From assembly GCF_964204645.1 (NCBI RefSeq), contig NC_134029.1:17044950-17108949 (forward strand): 64,000 nucleotides of DNA, read 5' to 3'. This document shows, piece after piece, positions 47,501-57,872 of the stretch (position 1 is its first letter; each line of letters begins with the position of its first letter). The DNA is from Tubulanus polymorphus (lineage: Eukaryota; Animalia; Nemertea). The notes under the pieces were generated by a model. It was not told where the DNA came from. It saw nothing but the letters and a program-made list of their open reading frames with translations, and did not search any database. A program made the translations under genes and the position numbers.

Positions 47501-48561
47501 TCTATTTTGGGGATGTTTTTAATTCTAACAGGATACTTATCTATCTTATAATTATTTTCAAATGGTTTATAATGAGTTAATCTAAAACTATGTGTAATAT
47601 CTTCTGTTGGATGTAAACAACTTATTATAGCCCATAGAAAACATTTATTATCAAAATTTTGTATATTTATTACACCATTAGTTTTAAATGGTAGTTTAAT
47701 ATAACTCAATGCTTCAATATCTGGTTCTTTATAATATGATACATTATTTTCATCAATTGGTTTTGATTTAGTTAACTTATTATATTTTGTGTTATAAACA
47801 TGTAAAGTTATAAATATTATCTCATCAAATATTAAACCAGATCCTTCAAAATATTTCTCTTCTATTTTAGTTTTTATTTCATTATAACATTTATTTAATT
47901 TATCATCTATATGTTGTTTAGATATAATATGTTGTGAATGAGAATTTATATTATATATTGGTTTATCTTCAGATTTTATAAACTTTACTTTAACTGATAT
48001 ACTAATTTTAGGATATTCAACATCTGTAATTATTTTTATTATTTCTTTCATATTTTCTAAATGTTTTTTATTTTCTTCTAATGTTTTACCTTTATGAAAT
48101 TTAAACTCGATAGCTGCTGGACCAATATCACTTTTAAATGCTTCGGTTATCTCTATATCTTTTTTATTATCTAATGAATTAATATAATTTCTTACATCTT
48201 CCATGTATGGTCTTTTATTGTTTAATTTATTTTTTATTCTTTTAATTGTCTTCTGTTTCTTATCGTTATCATTATCAAAATAATCTTCACCTAAAATATC
48301 ATTATTCTTATTTCTAATATGACTTATAGATTTTAAATGTTCTTTATAATATCTTTTATCACTGAATGATTGATTACATGTATCACATTTATATGTTTCT
48401 TTTTCATTCTTTAATTCTTCTAATTTAGTTTCTAATATATCATCTTCATATTCTAATTTCAATTTATTCTCTAAATGTGTTATAGTTTTATTGTGTCTTG
48501 CTTTTTGGGATTTATCTATACTTATCTTACATGTTGGGCAGTAGTATTTATTTGCTTCCAT
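44530..48561 (-). CDS. Protein-primed DNA polymerase B, 1343 aa, intact
   Basis: N-terminal zinc fingers; vOTU-like DNKCFLW...NHYMWI; exonuclease YGDFES, FHNLSGYD, YLKSD; EndoVII-like CYYC...RDHDH...AHENCN; polymerase YIDANNLYG, KLMNNAFYGK, YFDTDS. Confidence 0.97.
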   Translation of the reverse strand: MEANKYYCPTCKISIDKSQKARHNKTITHLENKLKLEYEDDILETKLEELKNEKETYKCDTCNQSFSDKRYYKEHLKSISHIRNKNNDILGEDYFDNDNDKKQKTIKRIKNKLNNKRPYMEDVRNYINSLDNKKDIEITEAFKSDIGPAAIEFKFHKGKTLEENKKHLENMKEIIKIITDVEYPKISISVKVKFIKSEDKPIYNINSHSQHIISKQHIDDKLNKCYNEIKTKIEEKYFEGSGLIFDEIIFITLHVYNTKYNKLTKSKPIDENNVSYYKEPDIEALSYIKLPFKTNGVINIQNFDNKCFLWAIISCLHPTEDITHSFRLTHYKPFENNYKIDKYPVRIKNIPKIERDNNLKINVFDLIKLPNTKGNNIKHYTLEPLYLSKDYDSNDVIDILYYENHYMWIKQIDLFFRTESDHHNKIYLCRKCLHKFSNESTLLNHKQLCDNHDYCKLVLPNEKDKILEFKKYDYKNKVPFVIYGDFESLNKELTDKDRKDIYYKRKKLNSNESDYSDEPPITNTIKKIHQSAAAFGLYIKSDYPELIKSEYYNYRNENVINHFCDLLIEYEIRFNEKLNKNIEIIMTEEDKEEFEFADKCYYCEKIFNYKDKKVRDHDHLNGKFRGAAHENCNLQAKKINFVPVIFHNLSGYDAHLFIKQLCHKIEEINNEIEILNSNRSKDKIPTYKFRMLAKTSENYISFQFGCLRFIDSYRFLSSSLDNLSKSLVDYELKILKEYYPNYDDFKLMRYKGAIPYSFYKNHNDFNITELLKEQFYDELKNEYVKDEVYNRTLNIWNHFKIENHGQLVDLYLKSDVLLLTDIFERFRDVNLKYFNIDPCHCYSSPGLTWDCGLKFTDIKMDLLTNIDQLLLFEKSIRGGVSGVLGDRYFNVNDNPGYKLLYIDANNLYGWAMMEPQPYGVFEITEVLQIDKFDWKKRILDIADDSDTGYFFVVDLEYPENIKFKSRNLAYCPEHKTVKHEELSNYQKRIKPDNHIHTEKLMVTQEDKYNYVVHYRMLKFYLNQGMILKKVHRYISFSQSKWLEKYIDFNTTQRTKSKTDFEKDFFKLMNNAFYGKTCENIRNRNDIELVSNGKRIRHLQSYPKFIGNRIFDENLAAVKMKRTSMKFNKPIYVGASVLEISKLLMYQFYYNILQPHFGEKHIEILYFDTDSYILKIKTDNITDDLKTLKHHFDFSNYPKDHELFNNDNKKVPGKFKDELGGEEMIEFIGIRSKMYSYKTKTHEAKKLKGITKSVVEKNIHFKDYINCIFNEEVRKHKMKCLRSKDHEMYIEEIEKISLNPFDDKRYILDDGIHTVAYGCNLDEYIKFKREETKENEIMKRILTC

Positions 48562-48641
48562 TTTAATACTATATTTTTTATTAAAATTGATTTTAGAAGT
48601 TCAATGATTTAAATGTTATTCATTTATGTGAATATTTTAAG

Positions 48642-48829
48642 AGTAATAGGGATAATAGGCTTTCGTATCAAAGGTTGAAGGGGCGAGTGAGTAAAAAAAT
48701 GAAAATAATAATAATTTACAGTTGAATTAGGAGTGTGCGCGACTAATTCAACTGTAAATTATTATTTTCATTTTTTTTACGAGCTCGACCCTTCGACCTT
48801 TGGTATGAAAGCCTTTTATCCCTATTACT
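48642..48829. repeat. Terminal palindrome, element B right end
   Basis: Inverted copy of 30984-31171. Confidence 0.95.
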
Positions 48830-49186
48830 ACCGGGAGCCGAATCGGGAACCGGGAACCGGGAGCCGGCTACTGGTTCAGCTCCCGATTCAAAATGCTTTT
48901 GAACCGGGAGCCGAATCGGGAACTGGGAACCGGGAGCCGGCTTCTGGTTCAGCTCCCGATTCAAAATGCTGTTGAACCGGGAGCCGAATCGGGAACCGGG
49001 AACCGGGAGCCGGCTACTGGTTCAGCTCCCGATTCAAAATGCTGTTGAACCGGGAGCCGAATCGGGAACCGGGAACCGGGAGCCGGCTACTGGTTCAGCT
49101 CCCGATTCAAATGCTGTTGAACCGGGAGCCGAATCGGGAACCGGGAACCGGGAGCCGGCTACTGGTTCAGCTCCCGATTCAAAATG
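48830..49186 (+). repeat. 73-bp tandem array in foldback left arm
   Basis: GAACCGGGAGCCGAATCGGGAACCGGG...TCAAAATGCTGTT with period 73, ~5 copies. Confidence 0.92.
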
Positions 49187-50103
49187 TGAAGCTGGCTACT
49201 TATTCGCCAGGTGGCGCTGGTATACACTATGCCGTAGTCCAGACATTTTACGTAACTATGTCTACTCTGCTGATAAACAAACTCGACCTCGACCTTGACA
49301 AGAAATCGCCAGGTGTGGCGCGAGCCAATCCAGACGTGTAAACACGATTGCGTATGCGACCGCGAGACTCGCGGTCAGCTGTATGTAGCTATACGTCAGT
49401 AAGCTGCGTCTATTAATAACATAACTTGGTTTAAGAACGTGCGTATTGCTCGGTCGTTTTTCTCGTCACCAATCGACTTCTTCATATGTTATTCGCCTCT
49501 TTAATCATTTAATCAATAAACCATCGATTGTTCCCGAGCTATAGGGTATTGATTAGTCAGCACTGAAAGGGTTAAGAAGAGAGAAAGTTTCTAACGAAAG
49601 TTATCGAATCCCCAAGAAAACAATATCTGCAAGCCCATGAAATTGTAAGATATAAAATAAACAGACGCTTTCTGCCCGCCGTATAAATCACCCTTCATGC
49701 AGGGTAAATCCATTGTCGAAGATGAAAAAACAATCACTTCAATATTCTATTAAACTTAATATTTTCCTATCTATCAAATTCCATAGAAAACATAAAAGAA
49801 CATTTTTCTCATCCCTAAACCGAAAATAGCTTGAAATGAGAGCGCACACAAAATTCTAATCCAATAGTTACCACGGCTGCATGGTAAAACAGTGAGACCA
49901 CTAACATTGGCGCAGAGATAAGATGGTTGTTTAGACGTCTCAATTGCAAAATGTGAAGCTGGCTACTTATTCGATTCGACTCTATTGCGGACAGCAGGTA
50001 AACATAATTACGTAACTATGTCTGCTGAAATGAGTGCGACCTTGACCTCGGCCACCAGGCTAATCGAGACGTCTGAATTAACACCACGCGTGTGACGATT
50101 TCC

Positions 50104-50467
50104 TCCCGGTTCAAAATGCTTTTGAATCGGGAGCCGAACCAGTAGCCGGCTCCCGGTTCCCGGTTCCCGATTCGGCTCCCGGTTCAAAAGCATTTTGAAT
50201 CGGGAGCTGAACCAGTAGCCGGCTCCCGGTTCCCGGTTCCTGATTCGGCTCCCGGTTCAAAAGCATTTTGAATCGGGAGCTGAACCAGTAGCCGGCTCCC
50301 GGTTCCCGGTTCCCGATTCGGCTCCCGGTTCAAAAGCATTTTGAATTGGGAGCTGAACCAGTAGCCGGCTCCCGGTTCCCGGTTCCCGATTCGGCTCCCG
50401 GTTCAAAAGCATTTTGAATCGGGAGCCGAATAATGAACCGGGAACCGGGAGCCAGCTTCACAGGGGT
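50104..50467 (-). repeat. Inverted 73-bp tandem array in foldback right arm
   Basis: Reverse complement of the 48830-49186 unit. Confidence 0.92.
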
Positions 50468-52019
50468 TGTGAATGTTCCTATTCGCGTTTACTGACTGCA
50501 GGAATTTATATGCGCCAAGAATATTCTTATTACCACCATCTAACGTTCTGATGGTAGTACGAACGCCATCAAATAAGAGCCTGTGACGCAGATATTTGGA
50601 GTGAGAATTACCAATAACCAGAACCTCAGAGTCTTCTGGTATATGGGAGATCTTATCAGACTGGTTAACGGGGATACTTCTATCAGCTTTGGTAGATACG
50701 ATCATTCACATTGTCCGCAGCATGTTCAGTCACACGTTCGTTAACGTTTACAGTAGATGTATTTCTATTCACCAGAAGAAACGGCCTACGGTCGAGCAGG
50801 GCAGAGTTTGTGGTTTTTTGAGGAAGTAATTCGGTGTAAAGTTCATCTATATGTTTTTCAGCACGCTTTAGTTCGTCAAGCATAGATGCAAGGCGTTTCC
50901 GATGTGCATCTACATCAGCCTCTGCCACGTCAAGTAATTTGCGAGCAGTGTCCAGCTCACTACGCGCTATCGCTAGTTGCCCCTTAGTATCCTGTAATGA
51001 CGTCTGGCAAGAGTGGTATTTCTCAATCACGCCATTGAAATTAGCACACTTATTGCAGCTCACTGGTTCCCCGATCGTATTATCTCCAGGTCATACAGTT
51101 AGAACCTTTTCGGTAAGAGACACTAAACTGTTCTGTAATTTTTCCATTTGTGTCGACTGAGTTTTATTAACGGAATTAAGATCATTGATCGTTTTCCTAG
51201 CCACCCGAAGCTCCTTCTCAGTAGTTTCAAGCCGTAGCGCATCGAACTGGGAAGTTAAATTAAGAATTTTGTCCACATATTTACTCTGCAGATCATGAAT
51301 TGCATCCATACACGGAGTATGAGATACCCTATCTGTGTTGAAGCTCATCGTCATCGTACCAGCCTCGGTTCCGCTTACTTGATAATACGCACCGAAATCA
51401 CGAGTGTTTGGTTTTCCGGTTATCGTAGCTTTCGAAAGCAATTTTGGTTTGACGGTATTGGACGCAGTCGATGCCAACGACGCTTTCTGACATGTGGTGG
51501 ACATTGTGAGAAAATTTGACGGCACCTCCGTACAGAATTCACATTGATACTTTTTTGAGGTGCGGCGTAGGAGAAAAAGTTGATATGCCGGTAGCCTGGT
51601 GCAGCCACTTTTTACACGCGTGACAACTTATCATATTTTCAGAATCTGGGTTCTGACAGGACGGACACGAGCGAGATTCCTCATCAGAATCAGAATCAGA
51701 TGGGCGAGAAGAAAGATCCAAATGCACATCATCAGTTAGATTCTCGGTTAAGCATGATGGCAATGGAATACCCTCCTTCCTGCAGAATTCACCAAGGTCC
51801 AGTCGACGCATACCGAGCGGGTTAAAGTAAAGTACGCATAGGTCAGACAGGGGAAGATCCTTACTAACCCAGTAATCACACGCCGCATCTAATTTAGTAA
51901 TTGTGCGCAGCCCCTTTAAAACCAAGTATCGCCGATTCACACGTGTCCCAGGTTAGATGTATACCAGGTTCTCTTCCGATAGCGCACACGTAGTAAAATT
52001 GTTTTGAGTTACCCGCCAT
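50468..52019 (-). pseudogene. LINE ORF1 N-terminal part: RNase H1-like hybrid-binding domain, PHD finger, coiled coils, start of SGNH domain
   Basis: ATG at 52019 gives MAGNSKQFYYVCAIGREPGIHLTWDTCESAILGFKGAAH; CPSC...MISCHACKKWLH...YQCEFC; VLVIGNSH; several frameshifts. Confidence 0.8.
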
Positions 52020-52503
52020 TTTCTTGTGTTGTTTCAATACGGCACCGGCGGCAGCGACAGTTAAAATCGTTTATTGAGTAATAAAGAACGCAGTCCGAAC
52101 ATTTCGATCGTAGTACAGTTACTAAAGACTTACGTCAGATTGTAGAATAGTATGTCTATGTCCAACCTAATCAGTCGTGAACTTTGATTTCCATAATTTT
52201 AAGAGAGCGATTACAGATGCACGTTTGTACAAGCCGCCATTTATATCGATTTTTTTCTCACCGACTCTTGTTTATTTCGTCAGGACAAGGCCGGTGCAGA
52301 ATTTTTCGTTGATCCGCAATCCAAGGGGAGGTGCAATATTACTAAATTAAACTAATCGAAAAAGGTCTCGTTCTGTGTATTTTCCATTTATTTGACGATA
52401 ACATTTCTCTTAATTACGCCCTTTAATTACCTGGTTTGGTATATGCCTTTTGAATTTATTCACCCAGTCCTGTGTAGTGTGGCTGTCCCCACAGTGATTC
52501 TAG

Positions 52504-53788
52504 TAGTCCAGGAGCTAGCCCTCATTTAATCAACAGTTTTAGTCAAGAAGGTTTGAGGTGTGGAATGTCAAGGTTGGTCCCTATCTACTTAGGAAAGTAA
52601 CGTCTTAAGTTTCAAAGCCGTGCCTGCGGGGGGTAGGTGGGCCCCCAAAAATTGTTTTAATCAAAAGTTTTTGTCCAGCATTAATTTCAACATAAATCAG
52701 TACGGCATGGGCCAACTAAAATAAAATCATAACTTAAGACGAAGTTTTCTGTGCCTAGGGTCCCTTAAGACCCCCTTTTTTCGGGGGCCTAGGGCACTTT
52801 TAATCAACAGTTTTTGTCCAGGTCTGATTCTACCTCAGAATCATAGTATTTTATGTGCTGATTCAGAAAATGTAACTTGAGACGAGGTTTTCCGTGCCTA
52901 GCCCCACTTAAGACACCCTTAAAACTCCCTAATGCCCCCTTTTGTCAAAAAACTGGCTTTAATCAACAGTTTTTGTCCAGCATTAATTTCAACATAAATC
53001 AGTAGGGCATGGGCCAAGTGAAATAAAATCATAACTTAAGACGAAATTTTCTGTGGGGGATAAGGGGGTTTTAAGTGGGGCTAGGCACGGAAAATCTCGT
53101 CTTAAGTTACATTTTCTGAATCAGCACATAAAATACTATGATTCTGAGGTAGAATCAGACCTGGACAAAAACTGTTGATTAAAAGTGCCCTAGGCCACCG
53201 AAAAAGGGGGTCTTAAGGGATCCTAGGCACAGAAAATTTCGTCTTAAGTTATGATTTTATTTCACTTGGCCCATGCCCTACTGATTTATGTTGAAATTAA
53301 TGCTGGACAAAAACTGTTGATTAAAGCCAGTTTTTTGACAAAAGGGGGCATTAGGGAGTTTTAAGGGTGTCTTAAGTGGGGCTAGGCACGGAAAACCTCG
53401 TCACAAGTTACATTTTCTGAATCAGCACATAAAATACTATGATTCTGAGGTAGAATCAGACCTGGACAAAAACTGTGGATTAAAAGTGCCCTAGGCCCCC
53501 GAAAAAAGGGGTCTTAAGGGACCCTAGGCACAGAAAACTTCGTCTTAAGTTATGATTTCATTTTAGTTGGCCCATGCCGTACTAATTTATGTTGAAATTA
53601 ATGCTGGACAAAAACTGTTGATTAAAACAATTTTTTGGGAATTTTTGGGGCCCACCTACCCCCCGCAGGCACGGCTTTGAAACTTAAGACGTTCCTTTCC
53701 TAAGTAGATATGGGCCAACCTTGACATTCCACACCTCAAACCTTCTTGACTATAACTGTTCATTAAATGTGGGCTAGCTCCTGGACTA
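52504..53788. mobile_element. Near-fully palindromic non-autonomous DNA transposon, Academ-like ends
   Basis: Termini TAGTCCAGGAGCTAGCCC / GGGCTAGCTCCTGGACTA; 3-bp TSD TAG; arms built from alternating ~150-bp subrepeats. Confidence 0.8.
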
Positions 53789-55295
53789 TAGGTCGCTCAA
53801 CGATCTTAGTGTACCCATTATTATTTTTGTGGTACATCAGACACTAAAGGTTCTTGGTGAAGCTTTTTAGTGCACCTCTTCCTGAATCATACCCTGGCCT
53901 AGATCCACCCCCGGAATATTTACATTATTGAGTGATGAAAAGAAACACATCTAAGATTCAATGTTTACCTCCAAGAATAAAACATTATTCATATTTTTCT
54001 GGAACCATCATTTCTTAGTACATTCCATGTGTAGGCCTATTTTATTGGCTCTCGAATCTTACTACGTATTATCCATCAATTTGATACAAAATCTCGTACC
54101 GTAAATCGAGGTGACTGGAGACTTATTTGTGATTTTTTCAAATGCAGCTCGAGGATCTACCTACAATCTACCAAAATGATGATTATTTGAACAATTTGTC
54201 CCTCTTCGGTTCTAGGCATGATGAAAAAATGTCTAATGATTTTCTAAATTTTTTTATTCAAAAACAACCGTTTCAAGAGAACAGTGACTTTTCTACCAAC
54301 GTTTTTCCATCACTGATATCCTAGAATTCAAGGCATGTTCTCCTCATGAAAAAATAAAACATAAAAATAGTAAAAATATTGTAAAAATTTCCTGTTTTAT
54401 TTGCGACATTTGAACTTTTGACAATAATTAGCAATTTTATGAAATTTCGATTAAGACTTCCATCCATTGTCAAGTATGTTGTCGATAAATTAAATGGCTG
54501 GAACAATGATTAGTGTTGACACATTATACAAGAAAGTACTATTGGTTTTATGATTTCCATAGATGTTTGTTCTTCAACCAGGGTTGGCGGTAGCATTTTC
54601 GCTTTGTCAGACCATCCTCAAACCGAAACTTAGGTGCAAAACCCTATTTTGGTAAATTAGGTCATGGACTCTAAAAATTTGATTCAACGCTAAACATAAT
54701 CAGCAAAATTTTCTGCCAGCCCTGTAAATTTGGTGTTCATTTGATTGCAAATAAAATATGTACATTTAAACACAAAATATTCCCAGAAAGAAAAAACACC
54801 ATCACACAAAATTTGTTCATTCAGTATATATTATAAAATTGTAGCTTCATTAGTCAGCTGATCTAACAATGGTTGTTTAAAAAATGTGAACCAAACAGAA
54901 GATAACAATTTTCAAATCCTAAGTGTAACAATTTTCAAAACACAACTCATACAATCATCATTCAATAATCATGTATCATTAATACAATGCTTAAATATCA
55001 TTACGATATAGGCCTATTATGTATATCATGTCAAATATATCTGCGATGATAAGCTTGTGACAGACTTTTTAGGATTTTGTCGGCATTCGCCTGTGATTGA
55101 CTTCGGGAGATCGAGGTCGACAAATTTATTCTATTTCGGTGCAAATAAAAAAACACCACCAATCAAATGATCATATGATTCAGCATGGTATCCTTTTGCC
55201 AAATCAATATGATGGAGGGGAAACACAAGAGCAAAAATTATTTTTTGTATCAAGAGCAAAAAAAGTAATCGACGACTAAAATTTGGCGATGAAAT

Positions 55296-55599
55296 CAAGG
55301 ATGGATCTAGGATTCTTTGAAGGGGTGGCCCTAAAAATTGGAATGGGCACTTAATTTGAAGGAATAGGGCAGATTTGGCAGTGCGAGGGCTGCAAAACAT
55401 CGGTAGGGCTTCCGGTGGCTCTCCAATAAAATATTTAGGACCAAACACAGACTTTAACGGTCCTAATCGGGGCAATTTGGAATTCCTTTTCGTCTTTTAA
55501 AATCCTCTTAGCAAAACTTGTTTTCAGACTTTGAAGGAGGGATATTCAAATTTTGAAGTGGGCGTACCATACCAATCCACACCCCTAAATCTGCCCTTG
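55296..55599. mobile_element. Degenerate MITE with 5-bp TSD
   Basis: CAAGGATGGATCTAGG...CCTAAATCTGCCCTTG flanked by GAAAT/GAAAT. Confidence 0.55.
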
Positions 55600-56448
55600 G
55601 AAATCAAACATGCTTGATTCGTGCAAATCGATTAGCTATCTCGAAGATTTGTGTTGCGTCCCTCAACGCACTGGGTAAAATTCAATTTGTCGATGAAAGA
55701 AGGTGCCACAAGCTTAAGTCAGAGAAAATATTCGAATTTTCAAACTAGATTTCGATGACAACTGTTTGGGATAAAATAATACTTAAACATACAACGTCAA
55801 AACTGAAGTGAAAAATGAATAAAAAAGAACCAGAATCAATAAACACAGTATTCATACTTTAAAACTAAACTTATTATGATATAATGAAATCTATTGATAA
55901 TAGAGGAATTTTAGTACAGCCTATTTTGTCTTTAGTGGACCTTGTTCCACAGTGTCGAGTAAAAACCTGACTTGTTAATAATTCATCTTATCAATCATTT
56001 AATCAAAACCAAACCACCAGCCTACATCAACTGTTGAGGAATTGAGCCGGATGCTGAATATCCTCCCTTGGCACACACCAGACTACCTGATATCTCTAAT
56101 CCTAGTAGTTTTCACCACAACTATTATCTAAAACAGTACTTTAATTGAAAATGAGCAGAGTTTTTTTTATTTTTTGGGGAGTAGTCGAGCTCGTAAAAAG
56201 AGCAGAAATCATCCTCAAATAGAATTCATAGTCAGGTCTGTTTGGTAGGGATTTGACGAACTGAGAGTCTGCCACCATCAGCCTGTGTGCTGGGGCTAAT
56301 TAGCCAGGGTTTTGTGCATGATGATCATCATGCAATGCTATCAGGTTTGAAGGATGGGTCAGGTTCTTTAGACTGCAAGGTGAACTAGTGAATTTAGATT
56401 CTGCGACTACAAACCATCATACTACAACTTGAATAGAAATACTTTGTA

Positions 56449-57039
56449 CAGTAGACTCTGCCTAAGTCGGATCTTGTCGAGTCATAAAACCGCTAAACTC
56501 TGTGCAATATAAAAAAATTTGCAGTTATTTCCTATATTAAGTAATGCTTTCATATTCACCAAAGCCGTAGCCGGTCAAGTCGGGTAATCGCCTATCTCAT
56601 AGCAATGTCTCAATTGTTTTCGTTACTTACTGCGCCTAAGTCGTACATTCTGAACGACCATTGGTCTAACCAGTATTATTTAACCCCCAGTGAATTCTGA
56701 CAATTTATGACAGGACCAATAATGCTCGTAGGGCCGGCGCCGACAATTGAAAACAGTAAATTAATTCTGCGGGAGGGTTCGAATCCCGGATAAATGACGC
56801 TGACAGCAGAACAACCAAAAACTGAGGTTACTTATTCAAATAGTACACATTTGATCATTTGTTTACGTTTTTCTCTGCATATAACAGCTTTTAAAGTGAA
56901 TAAACCTTATATTAGCAACCACAGTCCTTAATAAATGAGTTCCAAAATATCAAAAAGAATTGGTCTTCCAAGGCGGATTCCGGCTGTGTCGGACGAAATT
57001 ATCGGGCACAAATTGATCCCACTTTGGCAGAGTTTACTG
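56449..57039. mobile_element. Tc1/mariner-type MITE
   Basis: 25-bp TIRs CAGTAGACTCTGCCTAAGTCGGATC (3 mismatches); TA TSD on both sides. Confidence 0.8.
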
Positions 57040-57603
57040 TAATCGCACATTGATCAAACATGGTAGAACTCAAATATGAGCGCTCACACCTTCCTGAACT
57101 CCAACTTGAGTATCCACTTCAATCAAAAAATTGTTTTAATTCATAAACATTTAAACTAAAAACCCTTTCTGAAATTCTAATTAATAAAATAAATTACTAA
57201 ATAATTCTCTTATTATTAATAAATTCATCACCTACACGCGTACATATAATGTATGTATTCCATTTATTATCATAGTTAATATTGATAGTTACGTATCCAT
57301 CTAATGAACAGATAGAAGAAAGGCGCTCATTGTATAGGAATGATAGATCACCATGAGAAAACCTCTCGACAAAGTTCCACATAACAGAAAAACATTCAAC
57401 CAGAAAAAAACTCGCAATCATTCAATTGTAAAGTTAATCCGATTAACAGGTGACTACTGCCCCCATATATGGATATTCTGAGCCTCCCATTCGGAGGAAT
57501 ATGCGAGATATTCTACCAAAGTGTTTGTCAATAACCGACCAGATTTATCATTTTCAAAAATTGGCTAGATTTCGCAAATATAAAATATTTCACAAGCGAT
57601 AAC

Positions 57604-57872
57604 CGGGCGTGGATCCAGGGCCATTCGGTGACTACAGCACAGTGAAAAAAGGGCACCAACTTTGAAAAAGGCCAGTATTAATGCCCAGCGAGCGATGTTG
57701 AGTTCGAGTGCCATTTATTGGTATCATGCCACTAAATTTGCCTTCAAATTCAATTTGCTTGTGCTTTTTTTTTTTTTTATAGATTTTTGGCGAAATTTGC
57801 CCTTTTTCAAGGGCATTTGAAAACTGCGACTACCACACGTACTGCATGTGCGATGGTATGGATCCGCGCCTC
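57604..57872. mobile_element. Degenerate MITE with 5-bp TSD
   Basis: CGGGCGTGGATCCA...TGGATCCGCGCCTC flanked by ATAAC/ATAAC. Confidence 0.55.

Larger units (their letters stand above)
30984..48829 (-). mobile_element. Polinton/Maverick (adintovirus-like) provirus B, nearly intact
   Basis: AGT...ACT termini, ~380-bp TIRs, 6-bp TSD ACCGGG (30978-30983, 48830-48835). Confidence 0.97.
30913..50467. mobile_element. Non-autonomous foldback DNA transposon (Mutator-like 9-bp TSD), ~1.7 kb without provirus B
   Basis: TIR ACCCCTGTGAAGCTGGCTCCCGGTTCCCGGTTC; TSD TGTGAATGT (30904-30912, 50468-50476); inverted 73-bp arrays inside. Confidence 0.88.
6058..52243 (-). mobile_element. APE-type non-LTR retrotransposon (RTE-X/CR1-like), apparently full length, split by three large insertions
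   Basis: (TTGAA)n tail at 6058-6090 after AATAAA; ORF2 pieces at 6308-7175 and 27191-29955; ORF1 pieces at 30218-30912 and 50468-52019; ATGGCGGC near 52240 as likely 5' end (boundary approximate). Confidence 0.85.

Noticed and set aside
48733-50193. ORFs with EPGAESGTGNR / NREPGTGSR repeats
   Set aside because: Translations of the 73-bp array and terminal palindrome; 73 is not a multiple of 3
56184-56199. GTCGAGCTCGTAAAAA matching B's outer arm
   Set aside because: Isolated 16-mer with no other Polinton sequence nearby
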